DNA from: Acidobacteriaceae bacterium
GTDB lineage: Bacteria > Acidobacteriota > Terriglobia > Terriglobales > Acidobacteriaceae
Assembly: GCA_049800615.1 (NCBI GenBank)
Contig: JBARKD010000406.1
Span: forward strand, 1 to 51,631
Reading direction: 5' to 3'
DNA: 51,631 nucleotides
Shown here: positions 41,668-51,593 of the stretch, in pieces
Layout of the letters: each line of letters opens with the position of its first letter
Position numbering within the stretch: position 1 is the stretch's first letter
Notes under the pieces: model-generated
Database searches by the model: none
What the model was told of the DNA's origin: nothing
The model's input: only the letters and a program-made list of their open reading frames with translations
Program-made: the position numbers and the translations under genes

Positions 41668-44091
41668 GTGCAGAATCTGCTGCGCAATATTCGTTATAGT
41701 CTCCGCACATTGTGGAAGAGTCCTGGGCTTACCTTCACGGTTCTCTTCACTTTGGCTTTGGGTATTGGCGCGAATACCGCGATCTTCACCGTCGACTATG
41801 CAACCCTGCTTGCGCCGTTGCCTTATTCCCACCCTGAGCAACTGGTCGTCGTATGGTCCAAGATACAAACCTTCCACAACGGGATCTCTGCCGGAGACTT
41901 TACTGACTGGCAGAACCAGAATTCCTCCTTCCAGGGACTGAAGGCATTTACTGGAGGCAGCTTCAACATTGCCAGCAAAGACCAACCTGAAAATATCGAA
42001 GGGCAGCAGATAACTACGGGTTACTTCAAAATGCTTGGTCTCCCTCTTTTTCTGGGACGCGACTTCCTACCGGAAGAAGGTGTAGCCGGTAAGGACCACG
42101 TGGTCATTCTTACCCACAAACTATGGGCTCACCTGGGCGGCGACCCGAAGCTTGTGGGACGGCCGATGCGAATCAATGGCGAGCCTTACACGGTGGTTGG
42201 GGTCTTGCCCCCCGGCCTCTTTGATCGTGATTCAGCTCAGCTTACCGTGCCTCTCGTGTTCAAACCTGAGCAACTCAACCACGACTTTCACTGGCTGCTC
42301 TCGGTCGGCCGCCTTAAACCCGGCGTGACCGTCAAGCAGGCTCAGGCTGACATGGATTCCGTCACGCGCCATATTGCGGAGGCTTACCCCAAGAGCAACA
42401 AGGGGTGGGGCGCGATTGTGGAGCCGCTCAAGAACGACTTCCTGCCTAGCGAGCGTAAACAAACTCTCTGGTTCCTATTGGGTGCGGTCGGCTTCATTCT
42501 GCTGATTGCTTGTGTCAACGTAGCCAATCTCCTGCTGGCCCGAGGCATCGCGCGCCAAAAGGAGTTAGCCGTGCGCAGCGCTTTGGGCGCTTCACGCAAA
42601 ATCATCTTTCAGCAATTACTTACCGAAAGCCTGTTGCTGTCGTTCACTGGCGGAATCCTCGGCGTGGGCATGGGCTACGCCATGCTCCAGGCTGTGGTGG
42701 CGATCATGCCGCGCGGCACACTGCCGACAGAGGCCGACCTTCATCTCAATCTCCCGGTCCTGCTGTTCACCCTCGCCGCCACCACGCTGGCAGGTGTTCT
42801 TTTCGGAAGTGCGCCCGCGTGGTACGCCTCACGGATCGATCCCGGCGAGACACTGAAAGAAGGCGGACGTAGCGGAACGAGTGCGGCCCGCCATCGCTTG
42901 CGGCAGAGCCTGGTGATCGGCGAGTTCGCGCTTGCGCTGACCCTGCTCACGGGCGCGGGCCTGGCGATTCACAGCTTTCTCAACCTGCTGCGGGTGGATC
43001 TTGGCGTGCGCACTGACCACGTTCTCACCTTCTTTCTGCCCGTGCCGGAGTCGCGGCCCAAAGATCCGGAAAAGATCATCGCTTACTACCGGCAGATGTT
43101 GTTCCGCATTCACTCTGTTCCGGGGGTGACCTCAGCCACTGCCATGACGGGTCTACCGCTCTTCGGAGCAGGCTTTGGCATGCCGTTTACGATTGTGGGC
43201 AAACCCGCGTTCAGTGATCCTTCCCTGAGACCGAACACCGGCTTCGGCATGGTTACGCCGGGCTTTTTTGAGACCTTCGGCATTCGCCTGCTGAGGGGCC
43301 GCGCGTTTACTGAGCAAGATAACGCCGGCAGTATCAAAGTCGCGGTGGTGAATGAAGAGTTTGTGAAGAAATATCTCAAGGATGCGGATCCTCTAAGGAC
43401 GCGCATCTCGGTTGAGCAGCTGATCCCCGGGGTCACCAAGTTGGGTCCGCCCGTCGAGTGGCAAATTGTCGGGGTGTACCACAACGTGCGGGCTGGTGGG
43501 CTGCGGCAGGATCGTCCCGAGACGGAGATCCCTTTCTGGCAGATTCCGTGGCCGAACGCAGGCATCGCGGTTCGCACCGCGAATGATCCGGCAAGCATGA
43601 TCAAAACCATCGCCGCTGCCGTCCATTCCGTGGACCCGGAGATTGCCTTGGGCCAGCCTCGATCCATGGAGGAAGTTCGCGATCTTATCCTCTCCAACGA
43701 CCGGTTTACGCTTACCCTCTTCGTCAGCTTTGCCGTCGTCGCCCTGCTGTTGGCCGGCCTCGGCGTATATGGGGTGATGTCCTTTTCCGTCGCCCAACGT
43801 TCGCACGAGATCGCTCTGCGCATGGCGTTAGGCGCAGACCGCAACGGTGTGGTGGCCCTGGTGGTACGGGAGGGTCTGGCTTTGGCCTGCATCGGCCTCG
43901 TGCTGGGCTTGGCGGGCGCCTACTTTGTCGGGCGAGGCATGCAGAGCACCTTGTATGGAGTCGGTAAAATCGACCTCTCGGTTTTTGCACTGGTAGCGGT
44001 CGTGCTCGTGATGGCCGCGGTGGTCGCTTGCCTCATACCTGCCTTTCGCGCTGCTTCGGTCGAGCCCATGCAGGCCTTGCGCACGGAGTAA
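41668..44091 (+). CDS. ADOP-family duplicated FtsX/MacB-like ABC permease (orphan; no ATPase gene adjacent)
   Basis: 807 aa with a GTG start. The N-terminal LRNIRYSLRTLWKSPGLTFTVLFTLALGIGANTAIF is characteristic. Two MacB-type periplasmic domains and two FtsX 4-TM modules are present. Confidence 0.85.
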   Translation: MQNLLRNIRYSLRTLWKSPGLTFTVLFTLALGIGANTAIFTVDYATLLAPLPYSHPEQLVVVWSKIQTFHNGISAGDFTDWQNQNSSFQGLKAFTGGSFNIASKDQPENIEGQQITTGYFKMLGLPLFLGRDFLPEEGVAGKDHVVILTHKLWAHLGGDPKLVGRPMRINGEPYTVVGVLPPGLFDRDSAQLTVPLVFKPEQLNHDFHWLLSVGRLKPGVTVKQAQADMDSVTRHIAEAYPKSNKGWGAIVEPLKNDFLPSERKQTLWFLLGAVGFILLIACVNVANLLLARGIARQKELAVRSALGASRKIIFQQLLTESLLLSFTGGILGVGMGYAMLQAVVAIMPRGTLPTEADLHLNLPVLLFTLAATTLAGVLFGSAPAWYASRIDPGETLKEGGRSGTSAARHRLRQSLVIGEFALALTLLTGAGLAIHSFLNLLRVDLGVRTDHVLTFFLPVPESRPKDPEKIIAYYRQMLFRIHSVPGVTSATAMTGLPLFGAGFGMPFTIVGKPAFSDPSLRPNTGFGMVTPGFFETFGIRLLRGRAFTEQDNAGSIKVAVVNEEFVKKYLKDADPLRTRISVEQLIPGVTKLGPPVEWQIVGVYHNVRAGGLRQDRPETEIPFWQIPWPNAGIAVRTANDPASMIKTIAAAVHSVDPEIALGQPRSMEEVRDLILSNDRFTLTLFVSFAVVALLLAGLGVYGVMSFSVAQRSHEIALRMALGADRNGVVALVVREGLALACIGLVLGLAGAYFVGRGMQSTLYGVGKIDLSVFALVAVVLVMAAVVACLIPAFRAASVEPMQALRTE

Positions 44092-44346
44092 TCCTCGGCC
44101 CACGTTCTCCGTCCGCTCCCACTGTCCCCATCGTGTATAAGGGTGCTGAGGCTTCGGCATGCCGGTTTGCCCGGCATCCTCCTGCAACGTGAGCGTTCGA
44201 TCAGGAACAGCGAGATGATCGCCGCGCGTTGCTAAAAGCCATGGCCTGCATCGGAACACAGCTGCTGCTTCCGAAGGGGCCTGGCCGCGTCGTCGATCCT
44301 AGGATCCCGGCAGACAGCACAACCAAATCCACCAACCAGGAAGCAG

Positions 44347-45255
44347 ATGGACACCGCTGCGAAAAAACCGAGAGGACGCGTCCAGGTCGGAAAGGGAACC
44401 GTGCTGACCGACGATGGATCGCTGTTGCGGATGGTCCATAGTTATGTGCACGATTACTTTCAGCCCCACTATACGGATCCTCTCTGGTGGCGCGCGATGC
44501 GCGAGGTGGGTCATTTCAATACCGTTCGCGTGATGGCCTTCCTCGGTTCCTGGCCGAAAAGCACACAGGTCATGGATCTCAAGTTGCTGCTTCCCCGATT
44601 GGACGGCATGGTCGATTTGGCCGCCCAGGAAGGCCTGTATCTGCTGATCGACAATCACTCCGAATGCTGCGGTAACCAGGATGTTCCTAACGACAGTGCT
44701 TTCTGGGAGGCGGTGGCTCCCAGATATAAGGACCGCACGCATGTCTTTTATGAATTGAAGAATGAGCCCTGGCAATACAACGGGCTGCCGGAATACGAGC
44801 GGACGATGTATCGCGTGATGCGCCCCCTGGCCCCGGACACGCACGTTATTGTCTGGACGATCGAAAACCTCATCGATCTCACCGATCCTCTTGCCACGAT
44901 CCGTTCTCTGCCGGAAGTGGATTACCGCAATGCCTCCGTCGGTTTCCACCCATACCAGACTTTTCGAACGCGGCAAAAGATATGCGATGCGTTGGGTCTT
45001 TCGTCGTTTGGTTGCGATCCGCGTATGCAGCAGTTGCTGAAACTGATTGAGACCTTGAAGTCCAACTACCCGACCGTCATGACGGAGCTGTCGCCCAACG
45101 CAGCTGGAGCTCCCGGTCACGACTTTCTCATGACGATGGAGAAGATGGGCATAAGTTGGGCTTACCTTGGCAGCCAGGGTTTTACCGATGCGAGCACTGG
45201 TAAAACCTATGGTTGGTCCGCTGACAAGATAACGATTTGCTGGCCTGAAGATTAA
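44347..45255 (+). CDS. Glycoside hydrolase family 5 (cellulase-like), no signal peptide
   Basis: FNTVRV, LLIDNH and the acid/base block FYELKNEP are present. The antisense 273-aa ORF has no motifs. There is no in-frame start upstream before the TAA at 44233. Confidence 0.7.
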   Translation: MDTAAKKPRGRVQVGKGTVLTDDGSLLRMVHSYVHDYFQPHYTDPLWWRAMREVGHFNTVRVMAFLGSWPKSTQVMDLKLLLPRLDGMVDLAAQEGLYLLIDNHSECCGNQDVPNDSAFWEAVAPRYKDRTHVFYELKNEPWQYNGLPEYERTMYRVMRPLAPDTHVIVWTIENLIDLTDPLATIRSLPEVDYRNASVGFHPYQTFRTRQKICDALGLSSFGCDPRMQQLLKLIETLKSNYPTVMTELSPNAAGAPGHDFLMTMEKMGISWAYLGSQGFTDASTGKTYGWSADKITICWPED

Positions 45256-45449
45256 ATTGCTTTATTCCACCGAAACGGCGCAGCATCTTTACCGCATACA
45301 GGCTTCCAGCTCTTCACCGCCAGGCATTACATCTGAACCGGCGAGTCGTCCGCCGTCAAGCGATTCCCAAAAATATCGGGAATCGTTATCATATCGTCGC
45401 CGTATTTCCCGGACGGGAGCAAAATGCGGAGATCGGGAGGCTGTTCTCC

Positions 45450-48400
45450 ATGGCGAACGTAAGACCGGGGTTGCTCATCGCAGTCTTCCTTGCATGGGTA
45501 CCCTTAGTCTTTGCCCATGGCCAACAACCCTGTGCGCCCGGTCAATCAACCGCGTGTATTCGAGGAAGTGTTCATCGGCCCGATAACGACCTCCCTGCCG
45601 CCCGCACTGCCGTCCGCATCGATGATGTCGGCAGTCAGCTTACTTCGGACCATGGCGATTTTGGATTTCCCCTTCTGCTACCGCTTCAGGTGGGTCACCC
45701 GGTAAAGTTCCACGTCGATGGATGGATCGTTATCGATCCATGTGTTGGGGAACGCGGCCGGACCTACCTCCCGGCACCGGATGCTGAACCGATCGGAATC
45801 AAGGTTCTTCACTCACAAGAGACATTGCAGTCGACGGAAAGCCTGCGCTGCATCGTGCAGGAGAGAAGTTCCAGGTTCGAGCAGAAGACTGCCGCCCTGC
45901 CTAAGCCAGGTGGCCGTTCTTCGCTGACCGGTGATCCGTTGCGGCGAGACGTACCAACCGGGGTGATGTCTCTTTACCGCGACGGCTCTCATGAAGATGA
46001 TCCGTCAGCTGTCCGATATATAGATGTTGTCTATTTCCCCGGATCCCCGGCTGGCGGCCCCTTTTTTCAAGACCCAAGTGAGCCAACGGCTAATCCTGCT
46101 GTCGATGCGTTCACCTTGCAGCAGGCCAAAGAGCTCGGTGTATCACCGCGGGACCTTGCCGCCGCTTTGGCAAGATGGACCGAAACCGCCACCGATCCAT
46201 ACGACAAGGGACTGGCGGCACTCTACAACCAGCATTTTGCGGATGCAGCCAAATACATTGCGGCTTCGATACCATCACCGCCAGGTAGGTTTCTTAACAG
46301 ATATGTGCCTCTCGCCCATGCGGAGTATGAGCAGGGGCACTATTTGCTGGCCAGAAATTATCTCCAGAAGTTGCTTGACGTCCACCCCGACGACCCGATT
46401 CTGCTAGCAGCGATGGCTGCGGTGCTTTCGGCGCAGGGAAAGTACTCCGAGGCAGAACAGCTCCTGCAGCGTTCCCTGGCGCAGGCCACCGCGACGTTTG
46501 GCAGCGATCATCCGCTGGTGGCGCAGGACGAGGGTGCGCTGGCGGAAATCTATTTGGCGCAAGGCCGTTATGTCGAGGCAGAAGCTTCGAATACGAAAGC
46601 ATTAAGTGCGATCGAAAAGATGATGGGCCCGGAGAGCCCCTTTGTTGCCGCGGGCCTTGCTGTGAGTTCGGAGATCTCCGCTAGCCAGGGCCATTACTCT
46701 CAAGCCGAGCCTCCGCTGCAGCGCGCCCTGAGGATTGTCACAGCGACGCTGGGACCCCAGAATCCAGAGGTTGCGAAATACATGGCGGCTCTGGCGGAAG
46801 TTTATCTTTCCCAAGGCCGGTATTCGGAGGCCGAGGTCCTTTACACGAAAGCCCTGGCTTTGAGCAGTAGGTCCTCCGCGGCAAGCCCTGGAGTCGTCCG
46901 CATCCTGGCTGGTTTGGCGTGGGCGAACGCTGCTCAGGGGCGTTTCAAGGAGGCGGAGGATCTCGACAAGCGTGCCGTCACCATGAGTGAGGGATCGGTG
47001 GGACCAGACAATCCGGCAGTGGCCTCTCTTCTGACGGATCAGGCACACCTGTATCTCAACCAGGATCGTCCACAGGAGGCCTTCGTTCTTTATCAACGCG
47101 CGATGGCAATTGACACCAGCGCTTCCGGACAGGATAGTCCAGTAGTCGTTCGGGATTTGGACGGAATGGCCACGTCTCTGGCCGCGCAAGGCAAGCTTGC
47201 GGACGCAGAGCCTTTGCTCAAGCAGGCCTTGGCCGTCGGCGCGAAAGGTTCAGGGGCGCAAAATCCAGCGCAGGCGATCGTCCTCTACGATTTGGGCCGC
47301 GTTTACGCGGATCAGGGGCGGCAAGATGAGGCTTTGTCTCTTTTTCAGCAAGCCTTGTCTATCAATGAGCACGCCTCGGGGCCCAATAGCCTGGGTGTCG
47401 CGCATGATCTCGCCGGTTTGGGCTTATTGCGTGCTTCTCAGGGAAAACTGTCAGAGGCACAACAGCTTCTGGAGCGCTCACTGGGTATCACCGAGAAGGT
47501 CGGGGGTCTTTTGACTCCTGATCAGGCAGATACGCTGGCTAACCTGGGAAACATCGACCGAATGCAAGGCCGTTATGCCGAAGGACAGGTGCTTTATCAG
47601 CGAGCGTTGAACATCGATGAGAAATCGTTCGGACGAGACACCCCTGAGATTGCTCGTGACCTGGACGGCTTGGGGGGAATCCTTGCTCAGCAGGGCAAAA
47701 TGGCGGAAGCGAAACCTCTTTTGGAGCGTGCATTAGCCATCAGCGAGATGGCGGCCGGGATGAACAGTTTTGATCGCGCGACCATCTTCTCCGACTTGGG
47801 GAGATTCTATCGTCAGCAGGACCGCCCTGCCGACTCCGAGACAATGTACCGGCGTTCTCTGGCAATCGATGAAAAGGCGCCGGAACACGACAATCCTGCG
47901 CTTGTGAATGACCTCGATGGATTGGGCGTGTCGTTGGCTGAGCAGAACAAGTTCGACGAGGCAGAGCCGCTGCTCAAGCGCGCAGTCGCACTCGGTGGGG
48001 ATCTGCCGGAACGGCAGGCTTTCGCCGGTGTACTCGCAGACCTCGCGTTGCTCTACATCGACCAGGAAAAATATGTGCCGTCCGAAGAGCTTTATAGGCG
48101 CGCCCTGGCGATGGATAAGGAGGCATCGGGGGAGAAGAGCGAAGCTGTGGTTGGCGATCTCGATGGGATCGGTTCGGCCTTGACCGGCCAGGAGAAGTAC
48201 CGGGACGCCGAGTTGGCGTACAAAGCGGCGATGGCCATGCTGACGGGGCTAAAGGGGCAGGGGAGCCCGGAACTATCACCCATTCTTTCGCATGAAGGTG
48301 AGTTGTACCGCGACCAGGAGAAGTATGCGCAGGCCGCGGCGGCTTATAAGCGGGCCCTTGTCCTGGATGAGAAGGCGGCGGGTGGCGCGGCAGACGCGAG

Positions 48401-49391
48401 TGTTGCGCAGGATCTCTCCGCTTTGGGAGCGGTCTATCATTCTCAGGAGAAGTACGCAGCGGCTGCGGCAATGTACAAACGCGCCCTGGCGATCAACGAA
48501 AAGCTGGGAGCAGAAACCCGGCCTGTTGCCGACGATCTCGCCGGCCTCGCTTCCGTGTATCAGGACCAGGAGCGGTATCCCCAGGCTGAGACACTGTACC
48601 GGCGTGCGTTGGCTATCGACGAAAAGTTGTCGGGGAAAGAGAGCGCAGTGGTTGCGGAAGATCTGTCCGCTTTGGGCCTCTTGCATCGTCTCCAGGGAAA
48701 TTACACTGCCGCGGCAGCTATGTATCAACGCGCCCTGGCCATCAATGAAAAGCTGGATGGCGGCAGCTGGACGGTAGCCCAAAACCTATACGACTTAGCC
48801 TATGTTGATAGGTTGCAACAAAAATACCCGCAAGCCGCTGCCAGATACAGGCAGGCTCTTGCTATCGACGAAAAGTTGTCTGGGGAAACAAGTCAGGGCG
48901 TTGCCGCCGATTTGTCGGGCTTAGGGTCGATCTATCGCATGCAAGAGAAATACCCGCAAGCGGAGGCCTATTACAAGCGTGCCCTTGCCATCGAGGAAAA
49001 ACTGTTCGGGTCACAAAGTCCGAGCCTTGCGAATGACTTGTCTGACTTAGCGCAAGTTTATCGCCAGCAGAAGAGATACCCTGACTCGGAAGCGCTAGCC
49101 AAACGTGTTCTTGTTATGGAGGACAAACCAGCTGGGTCGGACTCCCAAAGCGTAGCCTATGACCTTACGGAGTTGGCCGCCGTTTATAACGGTGAAAACA
49201 GGCATGCTGATGCGGAGCCTCTTCTCGAGCGGGCCCTTGCTCTTGATCGAACCGTGTATGGAGACAACAGCGAATATGTAGCTGCCACGGCTGAAAGCTT
49301 AGGGCAAACGCTCCATGAATTGAACCGGGACCAGGAAGCAAAGACCTATCAGGCTCAGGCAGCAAAAATTCGCGAGGAGAACCATCAATGA
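45450..49391 (+). CDS. Secreted giant TPR protein (about 24 tandem 41-42-aa TPR_12-like units) with an N-terminal beta-sandwich region
   Basis: GGGAGG RBS. Signal peptide MANVRPGLLIAVFLAWVPLVFAHG. The N-terminal region of about 270 aa has a CarboxypepD_reg-like stretch. It is followed by 24 repeats of the form Y.RALAI.EK..G...P.VA..L..LA.VY..Q.(R/K)Y..AE. Confidence 0.85.
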   Translation: MANVRPGLLIAVFLAWVPLVFAHGQQPCAPGQSTACIRGSVHRPDNDLPAARTAVRIDDVGSQLTSDHGDFGFPLLLPLQVGHPVKFHVDGWIVIDPCVGERGRTYLPAPDAEPIGIKVLHSQETLQSTESLRCIVQERSSRFEQKTAALPKPGGRSSLTGDPLRRDVPTGVMSLYRDGSHEDDPSAVRYIDVVYFPGSPAGGPFFQDPSEPTANPAVDAFTLQQAKELGVSPRDLAAALARWTETATDPYDKGLAALYNQHFADAAKYIAASIPSPPGRFLNRYVPLAHAEYEQGHYLLARNYLQKLLDVHPDDPILLAAMAAVLSAQGKYSEAEQLLQRSLAQATATFGSDHPLVAQDEGALAEIYLAQGRYVEAEASNTKALSAIEKMMGPESPFVAAGLAVSSEISASQGHYSQAEPPLQRALRIVTATLGPQNPEVAKYMAALAEVYLSQGRYSEAEVLYTKALALSSRSSAASPGVVRILAGLAWANAAQGRFKEAEDLDKRAVTMSEGSVGPDNPAVASLLTDQAHLYLNQDRPQEAFVLYQRAMAIDTSASGQDSPVVVRDLDGMATSLAAQGKLADAEPLLKQALAVGAKGSGAQNPAQAIVLYDLGRVYADQGRQDEALSLFQQALSINEHASGPNSLGVAHDLAGLGLLRASQGKLSEAQQLLERSLGITEKVGGLLTPDQADTLANLGNIDRMQGRYAEGQVLYQRALNIDEKSFGRDTPEIARDLDGLGGILAQQGKMAEAKPLLERALAISEMAAGMNSFDRATIFSDLGRFYRQQDRPADSETMYRRSLAIDEKAPEHDNPALVNDLDGLGVSLAEQNKFDEAEPLLKRAVALGGDLPERQAFAGVLADLALLYIDQEKYVPSEELYRRALAMDKEASGEKSEAVVGDLDGIGSALTGQEKYRDAELAYKAAMAMLTGLKGQGSPELSPILSHEGELYRDQEKYAQAAAAYKRALVLDEKAAGGAADASVAQDLSALGAVYHSQEKYAAAAAMYKRALAINEKLGAETRPVADDLAGLASVYQDQERYPQAETLYRRALAIDEKLSGKESAVVAEDLSALGLLHRLQGNYTAAAAMYQRALAINEKLDGGSWTVAQNLYDLAYVDRLQQKYPQAAARYRQALAIDEKLSGETSQGVAADLSGLGSIYRMQEKYPQAEAYYKRALAIEEKLFGSQSPSLANDLSDLAQVYRQQKRYPDSEALAKRVLVMEDKPAGSDSQSVAYDLTELAAVYNGENRHADAEPLLERALALDRTVYGDNSEYVAATAESLGQTLHELNRDQEAKTYQAQAAKIREENHQ

Positions 49392-50236
49392 CTAACGGCA
49401 AGGGTGGCAAAAATATGAACAACGGCGGTGCGGTGCAGCCTCTCTCCGCCGGGCGCTATGCCTTGATTGCCTTCCTTGGGCTTTTGTTTGCCATTGCTTT
49501 CACCGTCTTCTACGTGCACATGGTGCCGAGCCTTGTGCAGACCGAAACCGAGGGCAGGCTTTTTTATCTTCTGCTGATACCGTGGGGGCTGTCCGCGGCT
49601 GTGTTTTTGTTCGGCGCCATGAGGGCCTATGCCAGGTTTACCTATAAACATCTGGGTGTGGTGCTCGAATTAGGCGGGCCGGTGGTGTTGTTTTGCGGCG
49701 TAGTTTACGGCGGCTTTAAATTGGTCCCGCAACCCTCACCGACTTTCGATTTAGCGGTGCGTGCTCACAGTGCCGAAACGCCCTTGATCACGAGCGGCCA
49801 GGTTACGCTCGAGTTGCCTGGTCTTCCTCATGCGGGGATTAGCTCGGATGGCGAAGCTAATTTCAAAAGCTTGCCGGAAAAATACAAGGCTACGCCCATT
49901 CGAGTACTGCCCGATGTTGATGGATATGAGAAGAAGTGGGTTACTCCGGAAGTCGCTGGAAGCGTCCTGAACGTCACGCTGGAAAAGGAACACCCGGTGA
50001 TCGATTTAACCGGGACGGTCATGCCGCTGCCTCGCGCTGGAAAGAAAATCACCATCCTGGTCGACGGCCAAAAAGGCGAAGCGTCGCCGGACCAGTTTGG
50101 CAGGTTCAAACTGACGGTCAATGGCAAAGCCGGGGATACGGTGCGCGTAATGGTGTATCAGGATGGAAAACTTTCATACTACGACGACGAGCAACTGCCC
50201 GGACCCATTACCTTGAAGCTGCACAAACCACGATGA
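49388..50236 (+). CDS. Membrane protein (3 TM helices) with C-terminal beta-sandwich (CarboxypepD_reg-like) domains
   Basis: ATGA overlap with the TPR gene stop. Three hydrophobic helices are present. The C-terminal block is KITILVDGQKGEASPDQFGRFKLTVNGKAGDTVRVMVYQDG. Confidence 0.65.
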   Translation: MTNGKGGKNMNNGGAVQPLSAGRYALIAFLGLLFAIAFTVFYVHMVPSLVQTETEGRLFYLLLIPWGLSAAVFLFGAMRAYARFTYKHLGVVLELGGPVVLFCGVVYGGFKLVPQPSPTFDLAVRAHSAETPLITSGQVTLELPGLPHAGISSDGEANFKSLPEKYKATPIRVLPDVDGYEKKWVTPEVAGSVLNVTLEKEHPVIDLTGTVMPLPRAGKKITILVDGQKGEASPDQFGRFKLTVNGKAGDTVRVMVYQDGKLSYYDDEQLPGPITLKLHKPR

Positions 50237-50405
50237 CATTTCGCGAGCTCCGGTTCGCCTCACGCAATGAAAGGCCTCGAAGCAGAGGAGTATCATACCT
50301 CGACGACGGCTCATCAGAAACGCAGTCGATCAAGGAGGGCCCTTGCGGACATCCTGGCCTGAAAACGGAGGTGCTCCCGCTCCGCAATCGGGGTCCGGCC
50401 CGCAA

Positions 50406-51593
50406 ATGAACGGCTCACCTGCCACCCCGACCAATCCTGCGGTGGTGCGCTCGCAGCTGGAAAAAATCGTGTCCAGCGCCCCATTTCGTAACAGCAAACG
50501 GTACCCGGCACTCCTGCGTTACGTAGTGGAAAAAACGCTGGCCGGAGCTTCGGCCGAGCTCAAAGAGCGAAACATCGGTGTCGATGTGTTTGGCCGCGAG
50601 CCATCCTACGATTTGGGCCTGGATCCAATCGTGCGTATCACCGCCGGGGAAGTGCGCAAGCGGTTGGCTCAGTTCTACCAGGAAGCGGCTCATCGCAACG
50701 AGTTGCGAATCGACATACCCCTGGGCTCGTATCAGCCGGAATTCATCCCTCCGGATCGGGTTCCGGAGGTCGTCGCTCTGCCCACTCCGGTAATTACGGC
50801 GCCGGTTGCAAGTGAGGATGTGGACGGGCCGGGTGGGAGAAGCAAGACCCTGATCCTGGCTTGCATTGGCTTTGTTTTCCTGGCCGGACTCTCCATACTC
50901 TGGCTGGCAAACAGCACCAGCGCGCTCGATCGTTTCTGGGGTCCTGTGATCAGCCGTGGCAATCAGGTTTTGTTGTGTGTGGGGCGGGCAGGGCCCACCG
51001 ACGAAAGCCACCCCGATCCGGAGAACATCGATCGCAACTATCGCCAGGTCGCCTGGTGGGATGCGGAAACGATGGCGCGTCTTGCCGGCTTGATCCAGGC
51101 CAAAGGCGGCTCGCTCCGGTTGCTGCGCGAAGATCGCGCAACCTTCAGCGATTTTCAGCAAAGTCCCGCGGTTCTCATCGGCGCTTTCAATGACCAGTGG
51201 ACCCTGGAGCTAATGCAGAAAATGCGTTATACCTTCCAGAAATCAGGCCGGGTGCATTGGATTGCGGATCGGGATCGCCCCTCTTTTCAAGACTGGAAGG
51301 TGGATCTAAACCGATCCGACAATCAGGGAAAGCTGGACATCGAGCAGGATTACGCCATCATCTCGCGCGTAGCTAATCCCAGAACCGGATCCATTACCGT
51401 GACGGTTGCAGGCTTGTGGGGCTATGGCACGCTCGCCGCCGGGCGATTCCTGACCGATCCCAAATATCTCGATGACTTGGCCAAACAAGCCCCCTCCGGA
51501 TGGAGTAAGCGAGACATGGAGATTGTCATTGGTACAGAAGTAATCCAGGGGAGCCCGGGACCGCCGAAAGTAATGGCAACCGCATTCTGGTAG
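50406..51593 (+). CDS. Single-pass membrane protein with a conserved winged-helix-like N-terminal module and an uncharacterised C-terminal domain
   Basis: The N-terminal block is VRSQLEKIVSSAPFRNSKRYPALLRYVVEKTLAGASAELKERNIGVDVFGREPSYDLGLDPIVRITAGEVRKRLAQFY. The TM helix is LILACIGFVFLAGLSILWLA. The C-terminal domain of about 210 aa is unknown. The ORF is open from TTG 50343. Confidence 0.6.
   Translation: MNGSPATPTNPAVVRSQLEKIVSSAPFRNSKRYPALLRYVVEKTLAGASAELKERNIGVDVFGREPSYDLGLDPIVRITAGEVRKRLAQFYQEAAHRNELRIDIPLGSYQPEFIPPDRVPEVVALPTPVITAPVASEDVDGPGGRSKTLILACIGFVFLAGLSILWLANSTSALDRFWGPVISRGNQVLLCVGRAGPTDESHPDPENIDRNYRQVAWWDAETMARLAGLIQAKGGSLRLLREDRATFSDFQQSPAVLIGAFNDQWTLELMQKMRYTFQKSGRVHWIADRDRPSFQDWKVDLNRSDNQGKLDIEQDYAIISRVANPRTGSITVTVAGLWGYGTLAAGRFLTDPKYLDDLAKQAPSGWSKRDMEIVIGTEVIQGSPGPPKVMATAFW

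Noticed and set aside
44299-45120. 273-aa minus-strand ORF competing with the GH5 call
   Set aside because: The plus-strand frame contains the GH5 blocks (FNTVRV, LLIDNH, ELKNEP). The minus-strand product has no motif and a skewed composition.
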